Shown here: positions 27,995-37,120 of the stretch, one piece after another
How the letters are laid out: each line of letters starts with the position of its first letter
Numbering within the stretch: the stretch's first letter is position 1
Program-made: the position numbers and the translations under genes
Virus record (IMG/VR): IMGVR_UViG_3300048780_000186
Length of the DNA stretch: 64,000 bases
From: an uncultured virus (IMG/VR IMGVR_UViG_3300048780_000186)
Taxonomy: Duplodnaviria > Heunggongvirae > Uroviricota > Caudoviricetes
Strand: one strand, 5' to 3'
Notes under the pieces: model-generated
The model's database searches: none
The model's input: only the letters and a program-made list of their open reading frames with translations
What the model was told of the DNA's origin: nothing

Positions 27995-30871
27995 TCAGGA
28001 GCATCCAGAAGAGCTGCCACACTCCAGGCACTTGTAACAAGCGCCGTTGCGGACCATAATGCAGCCACAAACTTGGCACGCCGGCGCGTCGGTCATACTC
28101 ATGACAGCTGACAACGCCTGCACTGCGCCGTTGGTGGGCCGAGGGGCCTCGTCCTCGATGACCAGCTCCGGGATCGGATGCTCAGGGAACAGCTTGCCCT
28201 GATGCGGCTTGAGGAACCGATGTTCCAGCCATCGGGCAACGTAGTCCATGATGGACTTCGCATAGCCGATCTCGGGATTACCAGTCCATCCGCTGGGTTC
28301 AAACCGGGTGTGAGCCAGCTTGCCGACCAGCGTCTCCAAGGGCACGCCATGCTGGAGTGCAATCGAGAACACCAGGGCAAATGAGTCCATGAAGCCGGAG
28401 ATGGTCGAGCCTTCCTTGGCCATGGCAATGAATATCTCGCCGGGCTGGCCGTGCTCGTAGAGTCCGACCGTCAGGTAACCCTCATGTCCCGCGATGGCGA
28501 ACTTGTGGGTCATGGCCGGCCGAGTATCCGGCAGACGATGGCGCACGGCGCGCGGCGGTGCATTCGGATCATCCAGAGTCGCTTCAGCAGCAGCCTTGGC
28601 ATCGAGCTCGTTCAGAATGTCCTGAACTGTCTCGGCCTTCTTGTTTTCCTTGCTGGTCACCAGCACCTGGTTGGACTTCGAGCCATCGCGGTAGATTGCA
28701 ACAGCCTTCAGACCCAGCTTCCAGGCCTGTATGTAAGCATCCTCGATCTCCTCGACGGTTGCCGTGGCAGGCATGTTCACGGTCTTCGAGATTGCGCCGG
28801 AAAGAAAAGGCTGCGTGGCTGCCATCATCTTGACGTGGCCCATGTATTGAATGAATCGTTCGCCCTTGGTCGGCTTGAAAGCCGTGTCGAAGACAGCCAG
28901 GTGTTCAGCCTTCAGCGTCGTTCCTTCCAGGCACCCGAACTTGTCGATGTAGACGATGAAGTCGTCGATCTTCTGAGGGTCGTAGCCAAGCTTTTCCAGT
29001 GCCTGCGTAACGGTCTCGTTGACGATCTTGAGCTGTCCACCGCCGACCAACTTCTTGTACTTGACCAAAGCCAGCTCAGGTTCAATGCCTGTGGTATCGC
29101 AGTCCATGAGGAACCCGATGGTGCCGGTGGGCGCCAGGACCGAGACTTGGGCATTACGGTAGCCGTGAATGAAGCCCTGATCGTAGGCAGTCTGCCAGTT
29201 GGACACCGCTGCACAGAACAGATCGTTCGGAATGGTGCTGCGATCGATATGATCCAGAGCCTCGTTGTGCATCCGGATCACGTCCAGGAAGGACTCCTTG
29301 TTGCTGAACCAACCGGGGCAAGCCCCTGTGTCTCCGGACCTCAAGCCTGTAGCCGACTGCAGAGGCGCCAGATTCTCAGCCAGGAAAGCCGAGGTGGCGT
29401 AGGACCGTCCTGTCATGATCGCGGTGATCGCCGCGGCATAGCTGCGGCCTTCATCGGAGTCATAGGGCAGGCCGAGGGCCATCAGAAGCGCGCCAAGATT
29501 GGCATATCCCAGCCCCAAAGGCCTGTAGTCATGCGAGTTCTTTGCGATGCGTTCAGTCGGATACCCCGACAGATCAACCAGAATGTCCTGCGCGATCGTG
29601 AACAGAGTCACCGCTTGCTCGAAGGCTTTGACATCAAAGATGCCGTTCTTGAGAAACTTCAACAGGTTCAGCGAAGCCAGATTGCAGGCCGAATCGTCCA
29701 AAAAGAGGTATTCGGAGCAGGGATTCGAGGCGTTGATGCGGCCGCTCTCCTTGCAGGTATGCCACTTGTTGATGGTGTCATCGAACTGCATTCCCGGATC
29801 GCCACACTCCCATGTGGCCCGGGCGATTCTGTGCATCAGGTCACGCGCGCGGTAGTTTTCGACCTCTTCTCTGGTTTTGACGGTCAATGTGCAGAAGTTG
29901 AGGTCATTTTCGACCGCGTACATGAATTGATCGCTCACGCGCACCGAGTTGTTGGCATTCTGATAGAACACCGAAGCGTACGCCGGGCTGTCAGGACCGC
30001 TCGTTCCGTCATAGCCTTCGCGCATCAGCGCCTGGGCCTTCTTGTCCTCCAGCAGCTTGCACTCGATGAAATCCACGATGTCGGGATGCTCGATGTCCAG
30101 GATGGCCATCTTGGCAGCACGCCGCGTCTTGCCGCCTGACTTGATCACGCCGGCGAAAGCGTCCAGGCCCTTCATAAAGGACAGTGGGCCGCTGGCGACA
30201 CCGCCGCCTGATACCGACTCCTTGCTGGACCGCAGAGGACTGAAGTTGGTCCCGGTCCCGGAGCCAAACTTGAACAGAAGAGCCTCGGTCCTGGCCAAGG
30301 CCATGATCTCTTCCATCGAATCTCCGACGGAGTTGATGAAGCATGCCGAGCATTGAGGATTCTTGTAACCGGTCGCACCATGGACAGTGGCCATGAGAGT
30401 GCTATCCGGGTACATCGGACCCCAGTGCCAGCTTCCTGCCTGGGCGTTGGGCTCGTACTGGTCGCAGCCCACGTTGAACCACACCGGAGAATTGAATGCC
30501 CCGTATTGATTGAGGAGCAGGAACGCCAACTCATTGGCGAAGATCTCGGCGTTCTCCTTGTTGAAATATCCCTGGGCAATACCGGCAGCGGTGATGGTCT
30601 TCACAATGCGGCGAACAAGCTGATCGACACCAGTCTCGCGCTCGGGGGTTTCAAGCTTTCCATAGAAATACTTGCTGACCACGATGTTGGTTGCGGTCAC
30701 CGACCAGCTTTCGGGAACGCGCACGCCCTTCTGTTCGAAGATCACTTCACCTTTGAAGTTGGTGATCCGAGCGGTGCGTTCTTCCCACTTGATGGCGGTA
30801 TACGGATCTTCACCCTTGGTGAAGTACCGATTGACCTCGATTTGATTCACGATGCTTCCTTTCATTGACAC
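27995..30871 (-). CDS. nrdJ: class II (adenosylcobalamin-dependent) ribonucleotide reductase
   Basis: FNSPVWFN, QCSACFI, SNPCSEY, APTGTI, SGAISKTVN, C-terminal TSCPD-like domain and Zn finger. Confidence 0.95.
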   Translation of the reverse strand: MSMKGSIVNQIEVNRYFTKGEDPYTAIKWEERTARITNFKGEVIFEQKGVRVPESWSVTATNIVVSKYFYGKLETPERETGVDQLVRRIVKTITAAGIAQGYFNKENAEIFANELAFLLLNQYGAFNSPVWFNVGCDQYEPNAQAGSWHWGPMYPDSTLMATVHGATGYKNPQCSACFINSVGDSMEEIMALARTEALLFKFGSGTGTNFSPLRSSKESVSGGGVASGPLSFMKGLDAFAGVIKSGGKTRRAAKMAILDIEHPDIVDFIECKLLEDKKAQALMREGYDGTSGPDSPAYASVFYQNANNSVRVSDQFMYAVENDLNFCTLTVKTREEVENYRARDLMHRIARATWECGDPGMQFDDTINKWHTCKESGRINASNPCSEYLFLDDSACNLASLNLLKFLKNGIFDVKAFEQAVTLFTIAQDILVDLSGYPTERIAKNSHDYRPLGLGYANLGALLMALGLPYDSDEGRSYAAAITAIMTGRSYATSAFLAENLAPLQSATGLRSGDTGACPGWFSNKESFLDVIRMHNEALDHIDRSTIPNDLFCAAVSNWQTAYDQGFIHGYRNAQVSVLAPTGTIGFLMDCDTTGIEPELALVKYKKLVGGGQLKIVNETVTQALEKLGYDPQKIDDFIVYIDKFGCLEGTTLKAEHLAVFDTAFKPTKGERFIQYMGHVKMMAATQPFLSGAISKTVNMPATATVEEIEDAYIQAWKLGLKAVAIYRDGSKSNQVLVTSKENKKAETVQDILNELDAKAAAEATLDDPNAPPRAVRHRLPDTRPAMTHKFAIAGHEGYLTVGLYEHGQPGEIFIAMAKEGSTISGFMDSFALVFSIALQHGVPLETLVGKLAHTRFEPSGWTGNPEIGYAKSIMDYVARWLEHRFLKPHQGKLFPEHPIPELVIEDEAPRPTNGAVQALSAVMSMTDAPACQVCGCIMVRNGACYKCLECGSSSGCS

Positions 30872-30897
30872 CTTACCTGCCCTCCGTTTGTTCCGCG

Positions 30898-30914
30898 ATC
30901 AGGTAAATCCCCTA
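30898..30914. promoter_or_regulatory. motif B site upstream of nrdJ
   Basis: ATCAGGTAAATCCCCTA. Confidence 0.45.
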
Positions 30915-30918
30915 TGAG

Positions 30919-31137
30919 CTACCTGACTGTCGTGAAATGACCGCACTTTCGACAAAGCACTTCTGTCCAGCCGGTTAATGGTTTGTCGAACAGTATCTGG
31001 TCACCGCAACAGCCCGTTGCAGTCTCATACCAGCCAACCGATCCGCGGGGAAGCCGGGGATCGGGAGCGCCACTCAGCAACAGGGCAAGCTGCTCTCCGA
31101 TTGTCATGAACGTGCAGACTGCATCAGCCACCGGCAA
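30919..31137 (-). CDS. small zinc-binding hypothetical protein
   Basis: GCCG...CRKC. Confidence 0.5.
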   Translation of the reverse strand: MPVADAVCTFMTIGEQLALLLSGAPDPRLPRGSVGWYETATGCCGDQILFDKPLTGWTEVLCRKCGHFTTVR

Positions 31138-31345
31138 GCTCCTTTGCGTGGTTCAGAGCGTCCACGGCATCTTCAGCAAGACCGTACTCGTGATTGGAGG
31201 GATATTCGATTTCTTCGCCGTCAGGACCGATCAGGTTGAGCGACCCTGATTCGAACTCGACAGCGATCGTCACCTGATAACCTGCGGGCAATTCACGAGC
31301 ACACTGCTCAAGGCATGCATTGAGTTCTTCTGGTCTATGGGACAT
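31124..31345 (-). CDS. hypothetical protein
   Basis: 73 aa with RBS. Confidence 0.6.
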   Translation of the reverse strand: MSHRPEELNACLEQCARELPAGYQVTIAVEFESGSLNLIGPDGEEIEYPSNHEYGLAEDAVDALNHAKELAGG

Positions 31346-31370
31346 AGCCAGTCCTGCCTTTCATGTTGAG

Positions 31371-31646
31371 TCAGCTGTTCAGGAAGTCGGCGATCGCACT
31401 GGCGATGCGAGGATCGGCAAGACTGGCGATGGTCCTCGAATTGTTGTCGATCAGATAGTGGATCTCCGAATGACTGAGCACTGTAACCGGGGGTGTGTAA
31501 TAGGGCCTTGCCAAAGCCAAGGAGGCATTTGCCCTCCGGGCTGCTCGCTTTTGCTGCACACGAACAGCTGCCACCAGTTGTTCTCGCCGGGGAATACTGG
31601 TTGAAAGAGGAGTTGAAGATCGTTCTTCGTGCCCGTAACAGCTCAT
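31371..31646 (-). CDS. hypothetical protein
   Basis: Start MSCYGH behind AGGAG. Confidence 0.5.
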   Translation of the reverse strand: MSCYGHEERSSTPLSTSIPRREQLVAAVRVQQKRAARRANASLALARPYYTPPVTVLSHSEIHYLIDNNSRTIASLADPRIASAIADFLNS

Positions 31647-31858
31647 AGCACTCCTTTGAAAACAGGCGGATGCTTGAAACGCCGGCAAGCGCCTGACTCC
31701 CGATGAAGGTGTGCCTGGCCGGTGTACCGGCAACGCCAGCACACGCGGCGCCAGTCGGATGACTTGACGCCGCGCAGAAGCCACCACCAGAACTGGGAGT
31801 TGAACGGCCAGTGGTGGCGCTTGATGACCTTGTGGGGTTCCCAAAAGAGCTTAGGCAT
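31643..31858 (-). CDS. hypothetical protein
   Basis: 71 aa, coupled to neighbours. Confidence 0.5.
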   Translation of the reverse strand: MPKLFWEPHKVIKRHHWPFNSQFWWWLLRGVKSSDWRRVCWRCRYTGQAHLHRESGACRRFKHPPVFKGVL

Positions 31859-32945
31859 CGTCCTCGTCGGTCGTACTCTGCTTGAACTTCAGGGTGTCGT
31901 AGGCGTCGGCCGCATCCTTGTCTGCGCGCGGTCCCTTGTAGACCGGCTGGAAGAGCGAACCGCCCGGGAAGGCATAGAGGTATTCAACCTCCACGATGCT
32001 GCCGGCCTCGGGAACCTCATAGTTGGCCGGGATCGTGACATTGCCTACTGTTCTAACCCAGGTCGCATCCTGAACAAGGCCGACCTCGACTGAACGCTTG
32101 CCTTGGTTCTGCTGAATGACTTGACAGGTTGCCGAGCCCTTGAATTTGAACTTGAGCTGGTTGCCGCCGGAGTTCGGCCGGCCGGGCACGTACTTGGAGC
32201 CCAGCTTCTTGAAGACCACGCCTTCACCACGCTCGGCTTTGATCTTGTCGAAGAGGGCGCGTTTGGTCTCGGGCGTGTAAGCCGTCGTCAGGAACCCGAT
32301 CGCCGGCAAGGAGGTCGTCCCCAACAAGCCCTCCAACAGAGACCAGCGGTTCTCAACAGGCATGCCGGTCGTATCCTGGCCGCCATAACGGAGAACGTCG
32401 AAGGGCCAGTACACGTCGCCAATCGCTTCGCCGTCCAGGATGAAGTCAGCATCCTGCTTGGTGCGAAGACTCAGAACGCCTGCGGCGATGGACTGGGAAA
32501 CAGCAACGATCAAACCCTTGCGGTTGCCGCCGGTGATCTGGTCACAAACGCGCGTGACAAACTGGCGGACGCCGTCCTTTTTCTCCTGCATGAAGTAGTT
32601 CTCGCTGTCGAGCAGAAACTCCACCTGCTCTTCATCGACAGCGTTCAGGAGCTGCGGGATCAACCCGCTCTGCTGGCCAGCTAGCTCGCTGCCGGCGTAG
32701 GGCGTGCCCTCTTCGCCCTCGGAATAGCCTTTGCCCTTCTTCTCGGCTACGAGCTTGTCGTAGACCTTCTGTGCCGCGGCCAGGGCTACCGGCGTTACGG
32801 TCTTGCTTCCGCTGTTCAGCGTCGAACCCCGCCGACCGTACTGGAAATTGACAACATATCCGTTGTCTTTCTCCTCGATCTGGGCGTGGTAAACCTTGTC
32901 AGAGCTGCCGTCGCGGTACGCGAGGCTGATTGACCGTACACTCAT
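31851..32945 (-). CDS. WGR-domain ATP-dependent DNA ligase
   Basis: SDKVY...YGRRG...K..KGY; QEKKDGVR, LDGE, FDVL, EGVVFK, KFK. Confidence 0.9.
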   Translation of the reverse strand: MSVRSISLAYRDGSSDKVYHAQIEEKDNGYVVNFQYGRRGSTLNSGSKTVTPVALAAAQKVYDKLVAEKKGKGYSEGEEGTPYAGSELAGQQSGLIPQLLNAVDEEQVEFLLDSENYFMQEKKDGVRQFVTRVCDQITGGNRKGLIVAVSQSIAAGVLSLRTKQDADFILDGEAIGDVYWPFDVLRYGGQDTTGMPVENRWSLLEGLLGTTSLPAIGFLTTAYTPETKRALFDKIKAERGEGVVFKKLGSKYVPGRPNSGGNQLKFKFKGSATCQVIQQNQGKRSVEVGLVQDATWVRTVGNVTIPANYEVPEAGSIVEVEYLYAFPGGSLFQPVYKGPRADKDAADAYDTLKFKQSTTDEDDA

Positions 32946-32960
32946 TCTCTTTCTCCAATT

Positions 32961-33344
32961 TCAATCTGTGCCTGTCGGCAACATGGCGATTCCCGCCTGA
33001 GCTTTCAGGACATTGCGTTTGCGGAAGTGATCCGCCGGGAGAGCCAGCACGCGGTCCAGCTCTTGCTTGGTCAGCTTCTGGAAGTCCAGCGACAAAGCTC
33101 CACACAACCCAAGGAGGGTGATGCCAACTCCACCCATCTCCTGTTCGATCTTGCCGACCGGCCGGGAGTAGACGTGGTTGACAATGCGAAGGGCATCCTC
33201 GTGAGGAACGCCCATCGCCTGGTTCAACTCGACCACCTCTTCTAGGAAGCGCCGGCCGCGTTCATGCTTGTCGCGGAAGACCTCCCACCCGAAACTGCTG
33301 GTAATCCAGCTCACGATTCTGGCTGTCAGTTCATTGAGCTGCAT
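32961..33344 (-). CDS. MazG-like all-alpha protein
   Basis: ERGRRFLEEVVEL...VYSRPVG..QEMGGV. Confidence 0.55.
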   Translation of the reverse strand: MQLNELTARIVSWITSSFGWEVFRDKHERGRRFLEEVVELNQAMGVPHEDALRIVNHVYSRPVGKIEQEMGGVGITLLGLCGALSLDFQKLTKQELDRVLALPADHFRKRNVLKAQAGIAMLPTGTD

Positions 33345-34399
33345 CAGGCCGCCCTCTGGAACTGCGTACGCCGGGCTGCTGCTTCCCGGACGATGTTGCA
33401 GATCTTGAGAACCGATGCCACTGTTGCGGACAGCACGAGGCCGCTGATCGGTGTATCGTGGTCCGTCAGCTCATGAATGAACTGCGACAACAGATCCGCA
33501 CGGACAGGCTGGCAGCCTTGATCGAGCAACAGATAGCGCAGGTGGGCAGTGAGCCTCACCCTGATCTCGTCGCCATCACGGGGCTCGGCGAGGGCGAGCT
33601 GTTTCCGGCAGATGTCCCAGTCTCCTCTAACCACCGCGGCGTTGAGCACCTTGATGTCAACCTTGCCGGAAAAGTCGGAGGACACGGCTGCAGCTTCGAG
33701 TGTGGCGCCATTGGACAGCCGTTCAACGGCCGACACGACATCGCCGGGTGCGAAGATGCTCCGCTCAACCAGAAGCTGGGTCAGAGCAAGAACGGTCTGT
33801 TGATCGAAGCCGCCTTCCACCACAAACGGAGAGGCGTAATTGATCAACTGTTCAATCTCTGAAGCACTGAGTCCATCCACAGTGAACTGGCAGCTCCCAC
33901 AGCGTTTCTGAAGCGCCGGGATCAGCTTGGTTGGATCGGTCGTACAGAAGATGAAGATGTTGCAGGAGTCAGCCTGCTCAAGCGGCTTGAGCAGAATGTT
34001 CTGGGCTGCCGTCGTCATCTGCTGGCACTCGTCGAGGATGAACACCCGGTAGAAACCGGCTCGCGGTGTCCAGCGCAGATCATTCAACAGATCGCGCATG
34101 TCCTCTGCCTTGCCGAAGGCCGCGGCGTTCATCTCATTGATCTCGAAGTCAGCGTTCTCCAGGCAGGCGTCACAGGGTTCCCCGAACTCGCCGTGGGTAC
34201 AGTTGACAGACATGGCCACAATCCTGGCCAGGGTGGTCTTGCCGCCGCGCGAAACCCCGACAAACTTCAGGGCAGTAGGAACCCTGCCGGCGGTGAACTG
34301 GTTCTTGAGTTGTTCGATGGTGTCGGTGTAACCGATCACCTCGCTGAAACGTCGCGGCCGCAGTGAGACGCTCAGGTTCCGTTCTTGTGTGTCAGGCAT
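33344..34399 (-). CDS. dnaX: clamp-loader ATPase (DnaX gamma/tau-like)
   Basis: LRPRRFSEVIG, GGKTTLAR, C...PCDAC, ILDECQ, AQNILLKPLE. Confidence 0.9.
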   Translation of the reverse strand: MPDTQERNLSVSLRPRRFSEVIGYTDTIEQLKNQFTAGRVPTALKFVGVSRGGKTTLARIVAMSVNCTHGEFGEPCDACLENADFEINEMNAAAFGKAEDMRDLLNDLRWTPRAGFYRVFILDECQQMTTAAQNILLKPLEQADSCNIFIFCTTDPTKLIPALQKRCGSCQFTVDGLSASEIEQLINYASPFVVEGGFDQQTVLALTQLLVERSIFAPGDVVSAVERLSNGATLEAAAVSSDFSGKVDIKVLNAAVVRGDWDICRKQLALAEPRDGDEIRVRLTAHLRYLLLDQGCQPVRADLLSQFIHELTDHDTPISGLVLSATVASVLKICNIVREAAARRTQFQRAA

Positions 34400-34444
34400 G
34401 CTTACCCTTCCGTTGTTTGAGACCCTTGACGATCTCGTGGAGGC

Positions 34445-34714
34445 TCATAGCTCGATCTCATAGTCGGCGCCCATCGAAACCAGGGAACCTTCTGACCATC
34501 TCTTCTGAAGGTCTTCAAAGCTGCTGAACTCAGGCTCGGAGAATGGATAGATCAGCTCGCCTCCGCCACCTTCCTTTTCGATCACGCCTGCTTTCTCAAG
34601 CGCATAGAGAAAGGCACTGACCCGCGTGAACTCTTCGAGTTCAAGTTCGACATCATCCAGGTACACCTGGTTGTTGTCCGAGTAGATGAACTCAATGCTG
34701 TACTTCATCTTCAT
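34445..34714 (-). CDS. acidic hypothetical protein
   Basis: 89 aa. Confidence 0.6.
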   Translation of the reverse strand: MKMKYSIEFIYSDNNQVYLDDVELELEEFTRVSAFLYALEKAGVIEKEGGGGELIYPFSEPEFSSFEDLQKRWSEGSLVSMGADYEIEL

Positions 34715-35748
34715 GACTTGTCCTCCCGCAGCCGGCGGAACTTGCCCATGCGAAGCGCCGCGCCATCCTTGGTCAGGTTCTGGTAATAAATCTCGGCCAC
34801 AAGGCCGACCAGCTCGCCCCGAAGGTGCTGTTTCCAGAGCCGGTCACGGTCCAGGTCGGAAACCTTCTTGCCCATGCCGACTTCGCATTCGATCATCTGT
34901 TCGCCGGGAACGCTGTCGCTGTCCCGATCCGGTGAGATGTTACCGTCATCGCAGAGATAGCCTCTGACCATCAGGTTGCCCAGGATGCCGGCGTGCTTGC
35001 CGCGGCCTTCCATGGCACCGATGATCTCCATATCGCCGTCGATGAACGGCTTCCACTTGAGCCAGACACCAGACTTTCGGAACTGGTATATGCCATCGAC
35101 ATCCTTGAGAACGATGCCTTCGTAGCCCTGTTCCAGATACAGGTCTGTCCAGTGCTTGATGGCTTCCGGGTTGTTCGGCGCCCGGTAGGCAACTACCTTG
35201 ATGATCTGCAAGTGATTGATGGCATCGGTCGCACAGTCCAGGGAGATCTTCCGGCTCTCTTGTGTTCGAGTGCAGGTCTTGCTCTCGAACTCAGAGGTCA
35301 GAATCGTGTCCCAGACATGGAAGTCAATGGCCAGACTGCGTTCATCGAAGTCATGCCGGCGAAGCAGGCCACTGGTGACATCAAATGCCTCAGGCTGGTC
35401 GATCCCATGGATCAGGAACTCACCATCGAAGGTGCGATTGTCAACCAAAGCTGGATAGAGGACGGCACTCTCTTCAAAGATCTTCAGGATGTGACCGACG
35501 TTGTAGTGCGGCAATCCTGTCGAGCTATAGGCAATCGCCTTTCCGTCCTTGACCACCACGATGCCACGGATGCCATCCAGTTTGGGCTCGAGGTACACCT
35601 CCCGGAACTTGGGTGGTTTCTTCGGGTCGTAGACCTTGCACAGCTGGATGCCCTCGCGCTTGCGGCGGACAACCACCGGGCCTTGAACAGTGATGATCTC
35701 GACTACCTGCTCGCCAGGCTCAAGCTCATCCCAAAGAAATGGGCTCAT
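34711..35748 (-). CDS. ATP-dependent DNA ligase
   Basis: EPKLDGIR, FDGE, VWD, GYEGIVLK, WLKWKP, OB-fold end FRRLREDK. Confidence 0.9.
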   Translation of the reverse strand: MSPFLWDELEPGEQVVEIITVQGPVVVRRKREGIQLCKVYDPKKPPKFREVYLEPKLDGIRGIVVVKDGKAIAYSSTGLPHYNVGHILKIFEESAVLYPALVDNRTFDGEFLIHGIDQPEAFDVTSGLLRRHDFDERSLAIDFHVWDTILTSEFESKTCTRTQESRKISLDCATDAINHLQIIKVVAYRAPNNPEAIKHWTDLYLEQGYEGIVLKDVDGIYQFRKSGVWLKWKPFIDGDMEIIGAMEGRGKHAGILGNLMVRGYLCDDGNISPDRDSDSVPGEQMIECEVGMGKKVSDLDRDRLWKQHLRGELVGLVAEIYYQNLTKDGAALRMGKFRRLREDKS

Positions 35749-35963
35749 CGTTGTTTCCTTTGCTGTAATTGTTTCGGTGGCCAATCAGAAGGCAGCTTGA
35801 ACTTGTGCTTTGGCCAGTCGATCCAGGGCACAAGAACACATGTCGTTTGCACCCAGGAACTGTGTAGCCGCCGCCGTGGGCGCTTGCAGATAGGCTGGCC
35901 ATCGAACTCGTTCCAATAGGCCCAGAACGTACGCCATAAATGAATCGGGTTGTAGATGCGCAT
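35745..35963 (-). CDS. small basic hypothetical protein
   Basis: AGGAG RBS; ATGA overlap with the ligase start. Confidence 0.5.
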   Translation of the reverse strand: MRIYNPIHLWRTFWAYWNEFDGQPICKRPRRRLHSSWVQTTCVLVPWIDWPKHKFKLPSDWPPKQLQQRKQR

Positions 35964-35983
35964 GGTTCTCCTGGTTCTTGAAA

Positions 35984-36214
35984 TGCAACGGGTCGGATTG
36001 GTTGCCGACTTGATTCGGTATGACCGGGATAGAACCGGGAACACCCGGCCTCTGTGGATTGCCGAAAAGCCCTCGACGCCCTTGTCGCCGTACAAGCGGG
36101 ATTGGTTACCCCTGGGCATGGCCGCACAGTTTCTGCCTGTCACCAGGCAGGGGCCACATACAATATCGAATCGCTCCCTAGTAAAGCCGCGGTCCTACAC
36201 CGCGAGCCGTTGCA
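35984..36214 (-). ncRNA. candidate structured ncRNA (~230 nt)
   Basis: Terminal 8-bp stem TGCAACGG/CCGTTGCA and four internal hairpins; intergenic. Confidence 0.55.
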
Positions 36215-36226
36215 AACTTATGCTGT

Positions 36227-36952
36227 TTAGATCAATCCCAATCCCAGCTCTTCGCGCCGTGCGCGCGCCGCGCGCGCCAGCTCTGCGATCCTGGTCTGTT
36301 CCAGGAACTCGCGCCGGAAGTAGTCGAGTGCCCGCTCGACGATTGCATTCTTATCAGGGGAGGGCTTCTTGATCACCCAGACCGGATCGACCATGCAGAA
36401 GATCGGAATGCCTGGCAGCAACGAGCTCTCAAACCATTGGGTGTCGTGCGTCTTGGCTTTCGGCTTGTCGTTGGCTTCTTCGCCGAAGCCAAGTATGGCC
36501 CCGGCGGCCGTCCAGCCGAGAATCATCACAGCTTCCAGATTGGGCATGGCACGGATTACACGGAGGCATCTGGGACCGAAGCAGGCTGAGATCTCGGACT
36601 TGTCCGGCTCTCGCTGCTGTTTCTCATCGCCCTTCCGTTCCAGCGGAGGCTGGCATTGCACCATACTGGTGATGAACACGTCTTTGGTTGTGTCCAGTTT
36701 GAGGAGCCTCATCCATTTCTCGAAGGCTTTTCCGTGGGCTCCGACCATCGAAACTCCACGTTCAGTTTCCGCGTCCCGTGGAGCCTCATACACCACGGCA
36801 ATCCGAGCGTTGGGATCGCCGCGGTAAATGAAGCCACGGTTGTAAGGATGGATCAGACTGAGCCGACAGCCGTCACAAGGAACACAAAGCGCCTTGATGA
36901 CGTCGCTTATCTTCTCCTGCTGAACTTCAAGCCCATCGAAGAGTGTAAACAT
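36227..36952 (-). CDS. uracil-DNA glycosylase family 4-like (Fe-S)
   Basis: CDGCRL, GDPNARIAVVYEAPR, VFITSMVQCQPP, EPDKSEISAC. Confidence 0.85.
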   Translation of the reverse strand: MFTLFDGLEVQQEKISDVIKALCVPCDGCRLSLIHPYNRGFIYRGDPNARIAVVYEAPRDAETERGVSMVGAHGKAFEKWMRLLKLDTTKDVFITSMVQCQPPLERKGDEKQQREPDKSEISACFGPRCLRVIRAMPNLEAVMILGWTAAGAILGFGEEANDKPKAKTHDTQWFESSLLPGIPIFCMVDPVWVIKKPSPDKNAIVERALDYFRREFLEQTRIAELARAARARREELGLGLI

Positions 36953-36953
36953 G

Positions 36954-37118
36954 TCAGCGATTGAACCTCTTGCCGATCGTTTCTCCAGCCGCCTGGAAGA
37001 TGCTGTTACGGTAGGAAGACCGGGCGCCCATCATTACGACGCCCACAAAGGTCACACCCACCAGGAGCCAGAAGGTCTTCGTGAACAATCTGGCAACAAC
37101 AAAAGCCAGGATGTCCAC
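36954..37118 (-). CDS. small membrane protein
   Basis: Translated by hand: MDILAFVVARLFTKTFWLLVGVTFVGVVMMG... Confidence 0.45.
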   Translation of the reverse strand: MDILAFVVARLFTKTFWLLVGVTFVGVVMMGARSSYRNSIFQAAGETIGKRFNR

Positions 37119-37120
37119 GG

